A stretch of DNA of 64,000 nucleotides from Candidatus Aenigmatarchaeota archaeon. Lineage in GTDB: Archaea > Aenigmatarchaeota > Aenigmatarchaeia > QMZP01 > QMZT01. The DNA is taken from the NCBI GenBank assembly GCA_963726265.1, contig CAVSBQ010000002.1, positions 64,001 through 128,000 on the forward strand, read 5' to 3'. Below are positions 25,576 through 35,943 of the stretch, in pieces. Below the pieces are notes generated by a model. The model was given only the letters and a program-made list of their open reading frames with translations. It had not been told where the DNA came from and did not search any database. The first letter of the stretch is position 1. The number at the start of each line of letters is the position of its first letter. A program made the translations under genes and the position numbers.

Positions 25576-28102
25576 ATGAAAAAGATGTTCGGGGGTTTAG
25601 GGTTAATGATTTTGGCTTTGTTAGCTGTCGCTGTGACAGCTTTGCCGCTTAACGCGACCGCGCTTGCGAACAGCCCGCCGGTTATTGACGTTATTGGCGT
25701 GACGCCGGAGAACCCTGGCGTCTATAATGACCTGACCTGCAATGCTGACGTTTCCGACGTCGACGGGAACTTGGACTACGTCCAACTCATCTGGTATGTC
25801 AACGGCGCCATGCAGAGGCAGGTCACGAAGCTCGTTTACGGCACCAGCGATTCGGTTTCCGACGTTTTCAGCGGCAGCAAGAACGTTAATGATTATGTTG
25901 TGTGCGACGCGAAGCTCTACGATTTCGGCGGAGCGTATGACCACGAGACTCATGCTGTCCGCGTAGGTAATGTGCCATCTAATTCTGGGTCACAAATAAC
26001 CTACGTGGATATCACCCCAAGACACCCCAACCCTCAGCAAGATTTGACGTGCTCTGATCCTAGCGATCGACGCGGATGATAATCTTGACTATGTTGTCAT
26101 CGAATGGTATCGCAACGGCCAGCTGATAAGATCTGCCCCTAAGGACATCCAGGGCTCGAGCGATACCGCATTCGACATCCTCAGCGCCAGTTACACCAGC
26201 GCCGGCAACTGGTTCAAGTGCAGGGCGACGGCGTACGATACGTATGGTGCGGCGGCTACGCTGGAATCTGCCACCGTGACGATTGAGTCGGATGGCCAGA
26301 CAACCCCCTACACCCCGTATTATCCTTACACCCCATACACGCCATACACCCCCTACAGCCCCTACGTCTACGGCAAGCCCGTGGCCGTCCTGTCCGTTGA
26401 CACGTCATACGTGGACGAGGACGAGACCATGCGCTTTTCCGGGGACAATTCATACGACCAGTATGGCGGCACGATAGAGCAATACCTGTTCGATTTCGGG
26501 GACGGCGAGACGTCTCCCTGGATATCAGATGACCTTCCATACGCCTACCACTCATACAACAACAGCGGTACCTATTACGCGCGCCTCAAGGTCAAGGACA
26601 ACGAGGGCGTGGAATCCGCCTGGAGCAATTCGATAGCGATACGCGTGGCTGAAGGCACGGGCACTAACGACGACTACCCGCAGATAGACGACATGACTAT
26701 TGTTAAGGAAACGCATGACCAATATTCCACGTTCAGGTGCGAGGTCGAGCTGTTCGACGAGAACGAGGACCTGGATTACGTCAAGTTCAAGTGGTATCTG
26801 GACGACGACGTCGTCTTCACTTCAAAGGAATTTGTCGAAGGCCGCACGGACGAAGCCGACTCTGAAGTCAACCTCGCCATAAACGAGAATTCTGCCGTGA
26901 AGTGCGAGGTAACGGTTTACGACAAGGAGCACAACATAGCGACCGAGTCCAAGAGCACGAGCGGCTATGTCGAAGGGAAGGGCTGCGGCTTCGAGGTCGT
27001 GAGATTTGATTATAATACCTACCTCATGGAGGGCAAGAAAGGCTGGGTCGAGGCCGAGGTGAAAAACACGGGCGGAGCATCGGGAACCGTGACGCTCAAG
27101 CTTTACGTTGACGGCGTCTACAAGGAGCAGGCCAGCGCCTACGTGCGCACTGGAGAGAGCGAATCCAAGAAGTTTGAGTTCACGCTGGCTGTGGGGAACC
27201 ACAAGGCGCTCGTCGAGATTTCAACGCCCTGCGGCGGCAAGATCAGCAGGAACGCGGATATAACGATTTTCCCAGCCAGTTCGCCGGTCTACATTCCGAC
27301 GACAAGCGGCGGTACCAGCGGCTCCGGAACGCAGGAAATCAAGGGCGTTGACGTCATAATCACGCCAGAGTCCATGGACATTGAAATCGACTCGGGAGAA
27401 ACCGTATCCGTCTACATCCAAAGCCCGGCGACGGCGAAGTTCGCCATAGCGGTCGAAGGCCTTCCAGACAACTGGGCCAATTACCCGGCGGAAGTCGAGG
27501 TCACTGGCAGCAAGACCGCATACATATACATTGTCCCGAAGACTGTCGGGAATTACGAGTTCAAGGTTAAGGTCACCAGCGGGACGAATACGTTCGAAAA
27601 GACCATAGAGCTTTACGTCGCTCCGGCCGGCCAAAAGCATGACATAGGGGCCATGACCGGCCTTGTAAGCGCGCTGGAGAGCAACTGGCTCACCGGAGCG
27701 GTCATTGTGGCCATTCTCGCCGCGCTCACGGTGTTATATTTCATTGCAGGCAGGGGAAAGCTGGGAAGGAAGAAATACGAGGACCACGTCTATGGCGAAC
27801 GCAAGGAGCCGTATTACGGGCCTTACCCCGGACCGGGTCAGATGCAGCCAAGGATGATGAAAGGCAGCGTCGCTGCTGTCAGAACTCCAAGGGCTCCTGC
27901 ACCAGTTGCACCGAAGCCTATCAGGGTTCATGTTCAGACTGCCCAAACTATTCAGCCACAGAGGACTGCAGCCGTAAACAGGCCGCAATCGCAGGGACGG
28001 CTTAACACGAACGCGAACCTTAGCTGGCCTGACCCGGCAGACCTGCTCGGCGTGAAATATTCCGATGGCACGCGCTATCCAAAGTTCGGCATGGACTTCT
28101 GA
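25576..28102 (+). CDS. Secreted, membrane-anchored protein with Ig-like repeats, PKD and CARDB-like domains; frameshift near 26056
   Basis: Signal peptide; three repeats of C..D.D..LDYV...WY..; PKD motif YLFDFGDGETS..HSY..SGTY..L.V.D; C-terminal TM. The two ORFs join as LTCS/ILAIDADDNLDYV. Confidence 0.8.
26303..26371 (+). repeat. Coding tandem 9-bp repeat (Tyr-Thr-Pro)n
   Basis: TPYTPYYPYTPYTPYTPYSPY encoded by tacaccccN units. Confidence 0.8.
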
Positions 28103-28146
28103 ACAACAAGCAGAAGACAGAAAAATACCATACCAAAGGTTTTATT

Positions 28147-28392
28147 ATGGACAGCACAGAAAAACAATTTGTCATGACTTCAACGAAAAACTATGCAATA
28201 CCGCTTGCACAATTCAGGGAGATGTACAAGAAAAGATTCGGCTTCTATCCCGTCTCAGGAAATCTTGCCCGCTTTTTGATTGCATATGACAGAAACGGCC
28301 GCGCGCTCGTGACGGGATTTGATTCTGACATCGATTCCTGCCCGAAAAGGCTTATGAGAAGGGCGCAGGAAATCGAGGAATACGGCCTTTAA
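28147..28392 (+). CDS. Hypothetical protein
   Basis: 81-aa ORF between two surface-protein genes. Confidence 0.5.
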   Translation: MDSTEKQFVMTSTKNYAIPLAQFREMYKKRFGFYPVSGNLARFLIAYDRNGRALVTGFDSDIDSCPKRLMRRAQEIEEYGL

Positions 28393-28503
28393 AACAGGCA
28401 GACGCTGGAAAGGCTGGGATAACACAACGTATAAAAAATTTCACCCCCATAGAGTTTATAAAGTGCTGACTGTTTAGTTTCAGTTTTATTGGTGGGTGAT
28501 GGG

Positions 28504-30555
28504 ATGAGGATTTTGGGTGTATGCTTGGCTTTGGTTATATTGTTGGTTGCGTTTGCGTCTTTCGCAGGCGCTGCGAGCGCGTATTCGAACACGGGCATGG
28601 ATGTTTCGCCTGCGACGGTCTCAAGGTGTCCGGGCGATACGGAAACGCTCGAACTCGCGCTTTCGAACAACGACGACGCCACCCACACCTACGAGCTCAT
28701 GCTGGAGCTGCCCCAGGGCTGGAGCGGCTTCATACAGCCCGCGGTAACGCTCGCTTCCGGGGAAAGCGACAATATAATGTTCTGGATAACCCCGTCCACG
28801 GTCAATCCAGGGGTTTATAATGCAAGGCTCGTTGCAAAGGTCGGGGTCGAGTCGACCTCGAAGGACATCCCGGTCGAGGTGCTCGGCTGCCACATTGTTT
28901 CGATAGATGTGCAGGATGCGATGGAGGTATGCGCTGACTCGGAATTCCAGTTCTCGTTCTCGGTCTCGAACTTCGGCAAGGAGGCCGAGGAATTCGAGAC
29001 CACAGCGACCGCCTCGTGGCTCACGGGGAAGGACGCGGAGCTGCACACGGAAAGCGCGATCATAGAATCAGGAAAGGCGAAGCAGATTTCCTTCAACGTA
29101 AAGACGCCGGAAGCGACAGGAACCATAAAGGTCAAGGCTGTTTCGAAGACTTCTTATGCCTCGGCAGAGAAGCAGACGCAGCTCAACGTCAACAAATGTT
29201 ATGATTTCACCCTGGACATGGCGCCGAACGAAGCGCCAGCCTGCCTGGGCGGCTCGGCTGAATTCGCGCTCACCGTAAAGAACACGGGGACCGCTGCCGA
29301 CGTTTATCTGATAGATGCGCCGGAATGGGTCAAACCAAGCCAGGCGAACGTGACCGTCCTGCCGGGCGAGGAGAGAAGCGTAAGCTTCTTCGCCTATCCC
29401 GCGGCCAAGGGCAAAACGTCATTCGCCATAAAAGTCACGTCCAGGAACTACCCGAAGGCGGCGAAGGAAGCGACAGCCGCAGTCGAAGCGAATGAATGCA
29501 AAGGCGTCGCGGTCATTGTTTCCCCTGCCGAGCAGGAAGCATGCATGGGAACGCCCGCGGAATTCACAGTCACGCTCAAGAACACCGGCATGGCGACGGA
29601 CTCGTATGAGCTCGTGGCGAATTACGGCAGCTTCGGTGAAAAAACGCTGAAAATCGAAGCCGGCGAAATAAAGGAGGCCACGCTCATCGTCGACACGAGC
29701 GGCATGGAAACTGGAGAGGCGTCCGTCACCGTTACCGCAAAGAGCGGCGAGATAATGGACCAGAACTCGGCGAAGTTGAAAATCAAGAACTGCTACGCGG
29801 CGGAGTTCGGGGTGAGTCCCGAGACGGCGGAAGCCTGCGACGGCGACGAAATCCAGTACACGCTGGTCCTCAAGAACACCGGCCTGTTCACGGACAACTA
29901 CACTGTGACGCTGCAGGACGAAGAGATAGGCTTCGTCACGCTGGAGCCCGGCGAGCTGAAGATGTTCTCATCCGCGCTCAGGATAACGGGCTTCGAGGAA
30001 GGCGAGCACGACCTCGTTTTCAGGGCCGTTTCCCAGCACGTCTCGAAGGAAGCCATAACCAAGATAACAGTTAAACCGGACAGGGCATGCTACAACATAG
30101 AGATATCGAGTGACAGCGCCAAGAGCGTGGTCGAGCCGGGCAACGGCATCGCGCTCGCGGTCAGGCTGAAAAATGCCGGCCAGAAGCAGGAGACGTTCGC
30201 TCTCTCGCTGGAGGGGCCCGCATGGCTCCACCTGAACCAGGAAGCGGTGACGCTCGGCCCAGGAGAGGAAGGGACGGTCTATCTTTATGCCTCCCCAGGA
30301 TATGACGTCAAAAAGAGCGTCTATCAGGCTTCTTTCAGGGCGCAATCCGAAACCACTGAAAGCGAGATGATATTCAGGATAGGAGTAGGGGTCGTGCCTG
30401 AAGACGAGACAGCCAAGGCAAACGGCATAAGGCTGCCTACGGGCGCGATAACGGGAATGGTGATGGGAACGACGGGCAAGGTCATCCTGCTGGCGCTCAT
30501 CGTGGCGATCATCCTGATAATACTGGTGGTAAAGTTCGTGCTGTTCGTGAAGTAA
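28504..30555 (+). CDS. Surface protein with tandem Ig-like (NEW3/COG1470-like) domains and a C-terminal TM anchor
   Basis: Signal peptide; ~6 repeats of C....F...(V/L)KNTG...D.Y; C-terminal PTGAITG followed by a hydrophobic helix. Confidence 0.8.
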   Translation: MRILGVCLALVILLVAFASFAGAASAYSNTGMDVSPATVSRCPGDTETLELALSNNDDATHTYELMLELPQGWSGFIQPAVTLASGESDNIMFWITPSTVNPGVYNARLVAKVGVESTSKDIPVEVLGCHIVSIDVQDAMEVCADSEFQFSFSVSNFGKEAEEFETTATASWLTGKDAELHTESAIIESGKAKQISFNVKTPEATGTIKVKAVSKTSYASAEKQTQLNVNKCYDFTLDMAPNEAPACLGGSAEFALTVKNTGTAADVYLIDAPEWVKPSQANVTVLPGEERSVSFFAYPAAKGKTSFAIKVTSRNYPKAAKEATAAVEANECKGVAVIVSPAEQEACMGTPAEFTVTLKNTGMATDSYELVANYGSFGEKTLKIEAGEIKEATLIVDTSGMETGEASVTVTAKSGEIMDQNSAKLKIKNCYAAEFGVSPETAEACDGDEIQYTLVLKNTGLFTDNYTVTLQDEEIGFVTLEPGELKMFSSALRITGFEEGEHDLVFRAVSQHVSKEAITKITVKPDRACYNIEISSDSAKSVVEPGNGIALAVRLKNAGQKQETFALSLEGPAWLHLNQEAVTLGPGEEGTVYLYASPGYDVKKSVYQASFRAQSETTESEMIFRIGVGVVPEDETAKANGIRLPTGAITGMVMGTTGKVILLALIVAIILIILVVKFVLFVK

Positions 30556-30569
30556 TGTGGTGAATTCGT

Positions 30570-31976
30570 ATGACAGTTTCCACAGGGTTGCGAGTAGATG
30601 CCAATAATATAAGACTCTGGATGGATTCGATATCTTTCATAGGAAGAATGGGCAACTCAGAACAAAGCGGATACCATAGGGCAGCCTATTCTGATGAAGA
30701 AACCAAAGCTATTGGGGAGATAGTAAGGGAAGCTAAAACGAGTGGCTTGGGTGAAGGAATATATGACGCGGTAGGAAACCTTTTTTTGAAACTGAAAGGA
30801 AAAGCTGACGACCATGTGGTCCAGGTGGGCTCGCATCTGGACACGGTTCCCAAAGGCGGAACTTATGACGGGGCGGCCGGCGTAGTCGCTGGCCTTGAAG
30901 CGATAAGGACGATATACAAATCAGGGCCGCTCAGCAAAAGGGGCCTGGAACTCGTCGTTTGGAGAGGCGAAGAGGGAGCGGTTTTTTCTGACGCATACAA
31001 GGGATCGAAAGGCGCGTTTGGAATGCCTTTAAGCGCAAAGGCATTCGAAACCAAACACACATACCTGAACGGAAAAACGATGAACTTGGAAGAAGCTCTC
31101 AAATCGCAGGGACTTGAAAATGCCATTGGGCATTTCAGGGGAAGGATACCGACCATAGGGCAAGGCGATATAGACAATATTTTTTCCCATCTTGAACTGC
31201 ACATAGATCAGGGAGATACGCTGGAAGCCGAAGGCAAGGACATCGGCATAGTCGAGAGCATCAGAGGCAACCACAGATTTAGAATCGTGGTTGAAGGCGA
31301 ATTCAACCATTCAGGAGCCACGGAAATGCGTTCGGGGCACAGGAGAGACGCAAATGTCGCCATGGCCCATATGGTTGTAAAGGCCGATGAAATAGCAAGG
31401 ATCTATTTGGCTAAAGGAAAGGACATAGTATTGACTCCGCCTCAAATCAACACGGATCGGCCATTCAATGACAAAGAAGAATATGGAAGGAAATTAGACA
31501 AAAACGCGCTTACTAAAATCAGCGGTTTCGGCTATTTCACGTTGGACGTAAGAAGCAACAGGAGAGATGTGCTGGAAGAGTGCTGCAGGGACGTGAGAGA
31601 GGCCACAAGAAGCATAGGAAATGACCTCAATGTCAAAGTGGAGGATGTAGAAATAGGAGGTTTATGCCCTCCTGTGGAAAGAATGGATGAAAGGATCCAG
31701 CGTTTGACTAAACGCGCATGCGAAAAATTAGGCTACGGTTATCACTTCATGTCGAGCGGCGCAGGCCATGACGCCGCGATAGTAAGCCAGCAAAAATACA
31801 CCGACGGGAATCCTATACCAACCGGGATGGTATTCATACCATGCAGGGATGGCAGAAGCCATGACGAAATGGAATTTGCAAGGAAAGATGCAATAGTGAA
31901 GGGCGCGAACGTTCTGACGCTTGTTGCACGGCATTTGGCAACGGCGGAAAACCCCTTTGAAACCGAATTGCTGTAA
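30570..31976 (+). CDS. M20-family Zn amidohydrolase (N-carbamoyl-amino-acid / allantoate amidohydrolase-like)
   Basis: GSHLDTVPKGGTYDGAAGV, GEEG, ELHIDQG, NHSG, SGAGHDA and GRSH..E. Confidence 0.88.
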   Translation: MTVSTGLRVDANNIRLWMDSISFIGRMGNSEQSGYHRAAYSDEETKAIGEIVREAKTSGLGEGIYDAVGNLFLKLKGKADDHVVQVGSHLDTVPKGGTYDGAAGVVAGLEAIRTIYKSGPLSKRGLELVVWRGEEGAVFSDAYKGSKGAFGMPLSAKAFETKHTYLNGKTMNLEEALKSQGLENAIGHFRGRIPTIGQGDIDNIFSHLELHIDQGDTLEAEGKDIGIVESIRGNHRFRIVVEGEFNHSGATEMRSGHRRDANVAMAHMVVKADEIARIYLAKGKDIVLTPPQINTDRPFNDKEEYGRKLDKNALTKISGFGYFTLDVRSNRRDVLEECCRDVREATRSIGNDLNVKVEDVEIGGLCPPVERMDERIQRLTKRACEKLGYGYHFMSSGAGHDAAIVSQQKYTDGNPIPTGMVFIPCRDGRSHDEMEFARKDAIVKGANVLTLVARHLATAENPFETELL

Positions 31977-31981
31977 TTGCT

Positions 31982-32803
31982 TCAATAAGTAGTCATTTTC
32001 AGAATCCCATAGCCCCTGACAGCGCCCAGGCTCATCTCGGCGAGCGCCCGCCAGGGCGCGTCGCTTGTGGCCAGGAACTTCTTGAGCATCTTGCTGTAAA
32101 GCCAGGTTTTGGGCCACCCGTAATGTTCACTGATGTATGCGTATACGTCTTCTTTCGAATTCTCAAGCCTGTAACGCGTCCAGACGATTATTTCACCCAT
32201 GGGCGTGTATCTGGTTTCAAAGCGCACCTGCCGCTTCTTTATGCATCTGAGAAGCGAGGGAACGTCGTGCGCGTCCATTATGTTTACACAGAGGCCGAGC
32301 GTGGCGAGCGTATGCGAATCCGAGCCCACGACCATCCCCGCATCGGTCTTCCTGAAAAGCGAGGCCGTGAACCTGTTGTTTATCATGTCGATGTTCAGGG
32401 CGTTGAAGATTTCGACGGCGTCCGCACGGAAAGCGAGCCTTTTCAAGCCCTCACCTCGTATGTCGAAGGGATGCGGCGCAATCGCTATGCCGCAGGCCTC
32501 GTGGATTTTTTCAACCGTTTCTTCTACGCCGAGGAAATTCGCTACGGGCTCGCTTATGCCCAGCGCTATGAGATGCCCTTCCCGCGTCTGCAATTCCACG
32601 CCGGGGATGAAAATGATGCCCTGCCTCTTCGCCTCTTTGCGGGCGGCGTCCCATGCCTTTGTCGTCAGGTGGTCGGTTATCGCAACTCCGTCCAGGCCAA
32701 GCGCCTTCGCATGCCTGACTATGTCTTCCGGACTTGGAATGCCCTCGAAGGGGATTTTCGACCCCCTGGAATGGCACGAATGGCAATGTAACTCGAATCT
32801 CAT
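31982..32803 (-). CDS. PHP-domain metal-dependent phosphoesterase
   Basis: ELHCHS, AITDH, PGVE, APHPF and GSDSH motifs. Confidence 0.88.
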   Translation of the reverse strand: MRFELHCHSCHSRGSKIPFEGIPSPEDIVRHAKALGLDGVAITDHLTTKAWDAARKEAKRQGIIFIPGVELQTREGHLIALGISEPVANFLGVEETVEKIHEACGIAIAPHPFDIRGEGLKRLAFRADAVEIFNALNIDMINNRFTASLFRKTDAGMVVGSDSHTLATLGLCVNIMDAHDVPSLLRCIKKRQVRFETRYTPMGEIIVWTRYRLENSKEDVYAYISEHYGWPKTWLYSKMLKKFLATSDAPWRALAEMSLGAVRGYGILKMTTY

Positions 32804-32917
32804 GAGCAATCCCCTGATTCGTCTGGATTTATCCGGGTAGATGATTGGTAATGTATTTATTTATATCTAAACCATATTTTTTATAAACAGACGTAAAACA
32901 GGCATAAAGGTGGTTTT

Positions 32918-33631
32918 ATTATCAGAGTTCCCGAGCACATAGGCATAATTCCAGACGGCAACAGGCGCCTCGCCAGGCGCCTCATGAAAACGCCGTGGAA
33001 GGGCCATGAATGGGGCGTGGAAAAGATAAAGAGCGTCGTGGAGTGGAGCAGGGAGCTCGGTGTAAAGGTCATAACGTTCTACCTTCTTTCGCTCGAGAAC
33101 CTGGAGAAGCGGCCGAAGCGCGAAATCGGCTTCCTTTTCAGGCTCGCCGGGAAGGAAATGGACAGCATACTCAGGGACGAGAAGCACATGGTTCACAGAA
33201 ACAAGGTGAAGGTCAGGTTCTTCGGCAGGCTTGAGCTGCTGCCGGCGGAGCTGCAGGCGAGGATGCAGGAAGTGATGGACAGGACGCAAAACTACTCGGA
33301 CAGCTTCCTGAACCTGGCGATTGCTTATGGCGGCCGCCAGGAGATACTCGACGCGACGAGGAAGATCGCCTCGGACGCGAAAAGCGGGGCCATCGACCCG
33401 GAACGGATAAGCGAGGCGATGTGGAGACGCTACCTCTGGACGGACGGCTTCGCGGACCCCGACCTCATAATCAGGACTGGCGGGGAGAAGCGGCTCTCGA
33501 ACTTCATGCCCTTCCAGACTACGTATTCGGAACTCTTTTTCATGGACAAGTTCTGGCCAGAGATGAGCAAGAAGGACTTCACGGCAGCAGTGAAGGAATT
33601 CGGCGACAGGCAGAGAAGATTCGGGAAGTAA
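32918..33631 (+). CDS. uppS: cis-prenyltransferase (UppS family), copy 1; start uncertain
   Basis: In-frame PEHIGIIPDGNRR lies upstream of the listed ATG at 32984; also SLENL, YGGRQE, IRTGGEKRLSNF and RRFG. Confidence 0.9.
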   Translation: MIRVPEHIGIIPDGNRRLARRLMKTPWKGHEWGVEKIKSVVEWSRELGVKVITFYLLSLENLEKRPKREIGFLFRLAGKEMDSILRDEKHMVHRNKVKVRFFGRLELLPAELQARMQEVMDRTQNYSDSFLNLAIAYGGRQEILDATRKIASDAKSGAIDPERISEAMWRRYLWTDGFADPDLIIRTGGEKRLSNFMPFQTTYSELFFMDKFWPEMSKKDFTAAVKEFGDRQRRFGK

Positions 33632-33674
33632 CCGCTGGTTTTCTGTTTTTAAAACAGCCTGACAAAAAAGCATC

Positions 33675-34382
33675 ATGACGGCGGGTCTCCACATAGGCAT
33701 AATCCCTGACGGCAGCAGGCGCTGGGGCAGGAAAAACGGCAAAGCACCTTCATGGAACGGGGCGGAGGCAGGGGAGACGGTGGAGGAAATCCTCAAGCAC
33801 ATTCTTGGAAATTACCCTGAAATAACCGAGATCACCATATGGGCCATGTCCACCGAGAACTTCAGGAGAAACAGCAAGGACAAGCAAAGGGTTTTCAGCC
33901 TCATAGAGAGCATGGGGAAAAGCCTGATGAAAAGGGAAAACGTAATCCATGAGAACAAGATAAGGGTAAACGTTTTCGGGACCAAATTCGACGAGGTTCC
34001 CGGGTCGCTCAGGAAACTCATAAAGCGGACGACGGACGAGACCAGGAACTACGGCGACAGGAAGCTCAACATCGGCCTCGGCTACGGCGGCAAGTTCGAG
34101 ATAGTCATGGCCGCCATGAACCTCGCGAAAAAGATAGAGAACAAATCCATGTTCAAGACCGACATACCGGAAAAGGTCTTCGAAAAGTTCCTGATGGTGC
34201 CGAGGCCGCTGGACCTGATTATCAGGACTGGCGGAGAGAAGCGGCTGTCGGGTTTCATGCTTTACCAGGCCGAATACGCCGAGCTGTTTTTCAGCGATAC
34301 GCTCTGGCCCGACTTCTCAACAAAGGAGTTCGACAGGATAATGGGCGAGTTCAGGAAAAGGGAGAGAAGGTTCGGCAAGTGA
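33675..34382 (+). CDS. uppS: cis-prenyltransferase (UppS family), copy 2
   Basis: HIGIIPDGSRRW, STENFRR, YGGKFE, IRTGGEKRLSGF and RERRFG. Confidence 0.88.
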   Translation: MTAGLHIGIIPDGSRRWGRKNGKAPSWNGAEAGETVEEILKHILGNYPEITEITIWAMSTENFRRNSKDKQRVFSLIESMGKSLMKRENVIHENKIRVNVFGTKFDEVPGSLRKLIKRTTDETRNYGDRKLNIGLGYGGKFEIVMAAMNLAKKIENKSMFKTDIPEKVFEKFLMVPRPLDLIIRTGGEKRLSGFMLYQAEYAELFFSDTLWPDFSTKEFDRIMGEFRKRERRFGK

Positions 34383-34448
34383 TGCGTAATTCATGTAAGC
34401 AATTTATTCTTGCACACCCCATAGTTATAATTACGGAATGGCTGCAGC

Positions 34449-35063
34449 ATGGCATACAACTTCACCTTTGACCTTTCGAAATTTTCCCAGTCCTTCTTCC
34501 AGGACATAGCAAAATTCTCGGAAAGGAAGAAACTGCACAAGAGGGTTGGCAGCAGCGCCAGGTATCTTGTCGAGAAGTTCGGAGTCCGCAAAATCACGGG
34601 CCTTCCCGTCTCCGACGCGCTGATGATAATAGAAGACCTCATGGACAGCTACATAAAGAACCTCTCAAACAGGGAGCGCTTCCTCAAAACCGACAGGCGC
34701 GCGCTCATGCTGCCGCACTGCTCGCGCAAGTTCATGGACAGCCGGTGCAAAGCCAGCTTCAATACGGAGATGTCCTTCTATGAATGCAGGCGGTGTTCGC
34801 CGGACTGCGGCGTTAACAAGGCGTCTGCGCTCGCGAAGAAGAAGGGCTACGACGTCTACATCCTTCCGGGCGGCTCCTGCGTCAAGAAGATAATCGCCGC
34901 CAAGAAATACGAAGGCGTGGTCGGCGTCGCCTGCTGCGAAGAGATAAAGCTGGCGAACTCGCTACTAGATGCCCATAAAATCCCTTCTCAATCCGTACCG
35001 CTTATCAAGAACGGCTGCTCGGGAACCAAGTTCAGGATGGAAACGCTTGAAGCGGTTATGTAA
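34449..35063 (+). CDS. DUF116-family Cys-rich protein
   Basis: LMLPHCSR..C..ECRRCSPDC..YILPGGS..VGVACCEE..GC. Confidence 0.8.
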   Translation: MAYNFTFDLSKFSQSFFQDIAKFSERKKLHKRVGSSARYLVEKFGVRKITGLPVSDALMIIEDLMDSYIKNLSNRERFLKTDRRALMLPHCSRKFMDSRCKASFNTEMSFYECRRCSPDCGVNKASALAKKKGYDVYILPGGSCVKKIIAAKKYEGVVGVACCEEIKLANSLLDAHKIPSQSVPLIKNGCSGTKFRMETLEAVM

Positions 35064-35122
35064 TTGAGCGAAATCCTTTATTAACACGAAAGAAATTTAA
35101 AACTTCCTTTTAACTAAATATC

Positions 35123-35548
35123 ATGCAAAAATATGCAAGAACAGGGCAAACAAAACCTCCATATGCTGGATGCATCGACCATGTAGCAATTGCTTTACCA
35201 GAAGGTTTACCCACCACGGACACTTATGCTTTACTTGGTCAAATTTTGGAAGCGCACAAACAAAAACCATTGACTATAATGCTAGACAAAGCGACAGTAA
35301 ACCTTTTTTATACACAAGGGGCAATGCCAGAAGAGAGCAGAGAATTTTTTGAAACCCTAAAAGGCGAAGGATTAGACATCCAGTTTAAGTCAACTGTGGG
35401 ATTGTTTGGCGAGCATGAAAAAAAGTCTTTGAGGAAAAATTATTTAGACACTTTAGATTTTAGACACATGAATAACAGAAGAACGACGACAATCTGGATG
35501 CCCGGCGATGTAATTCTTACTAAAAAGAAAAAGACCACCAAAAACTGA
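35123..35548 (+). CDS. Hypothetical protein (AT-rich)
   Basis: 141-aa ORF of lower GC. Confidence 0.5.
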   Translation: MQKYARTGQTKPPYAGCIDHVAIALPEGLPTTDTYALLGQILEAHKQKPLTIMLDKATVNLFYTQGAMPEESREFFETLKGEGLDIQFKSTVGLFGEHEKKSLRKNYLDTLDFRHMNNRRTTTIWMPGDVILTKKKKTTKN

Positions 35549-35622
35549 AGCTCCAAATGGGGGTTTTGATTCCGCCAAAAACTAATTATAAAAGATTAAA
35601 AGAAGTTTTGCGATATTAAAGC

Positions 35623-35862
35623 ATGGAGCAGCTAGTGACCATAGGCATGGTCGTCATTTTTATCGGCGTCGCCATTGTCATAATCGGTTCGCTGCTTGGC
35701 GCGGGCGGCGATGGCAAGGGAGGCGCGAAAATCGCGGTCGGCGGCTTCATCGGGCCAATCCCCTTCGGCTTCGCGAATGACAGGCCGCTGCTCTACGTGG
35801 TCATGGCCGTCGCGGTTGCCATGTTCATTCTTTCGATCCTGCTCAGCCAGAAGATGATTTAG
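35623..35862 (+). CDS. DUF131/TIGR00304-like small membrane protein
   Basis: Two TM helices around GGFIGPIPFGF. Confidence 0.8.
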   Translation: MEQLVTIGMVVIFIGVAIVIIGSLLGAGGDGKGGAKIAVGGFIGPIPFGFANDRPLLYVVMAVAVAMFILSILLSQKMI

Positions 35863-35943
35863 CGCGCCTAGGCTCTTATTTTTATATCTTGGCTACAAAA
35901 AATAAACAATCCATTGGGGGATAAAGGACTTGAGGGTTTTGGC

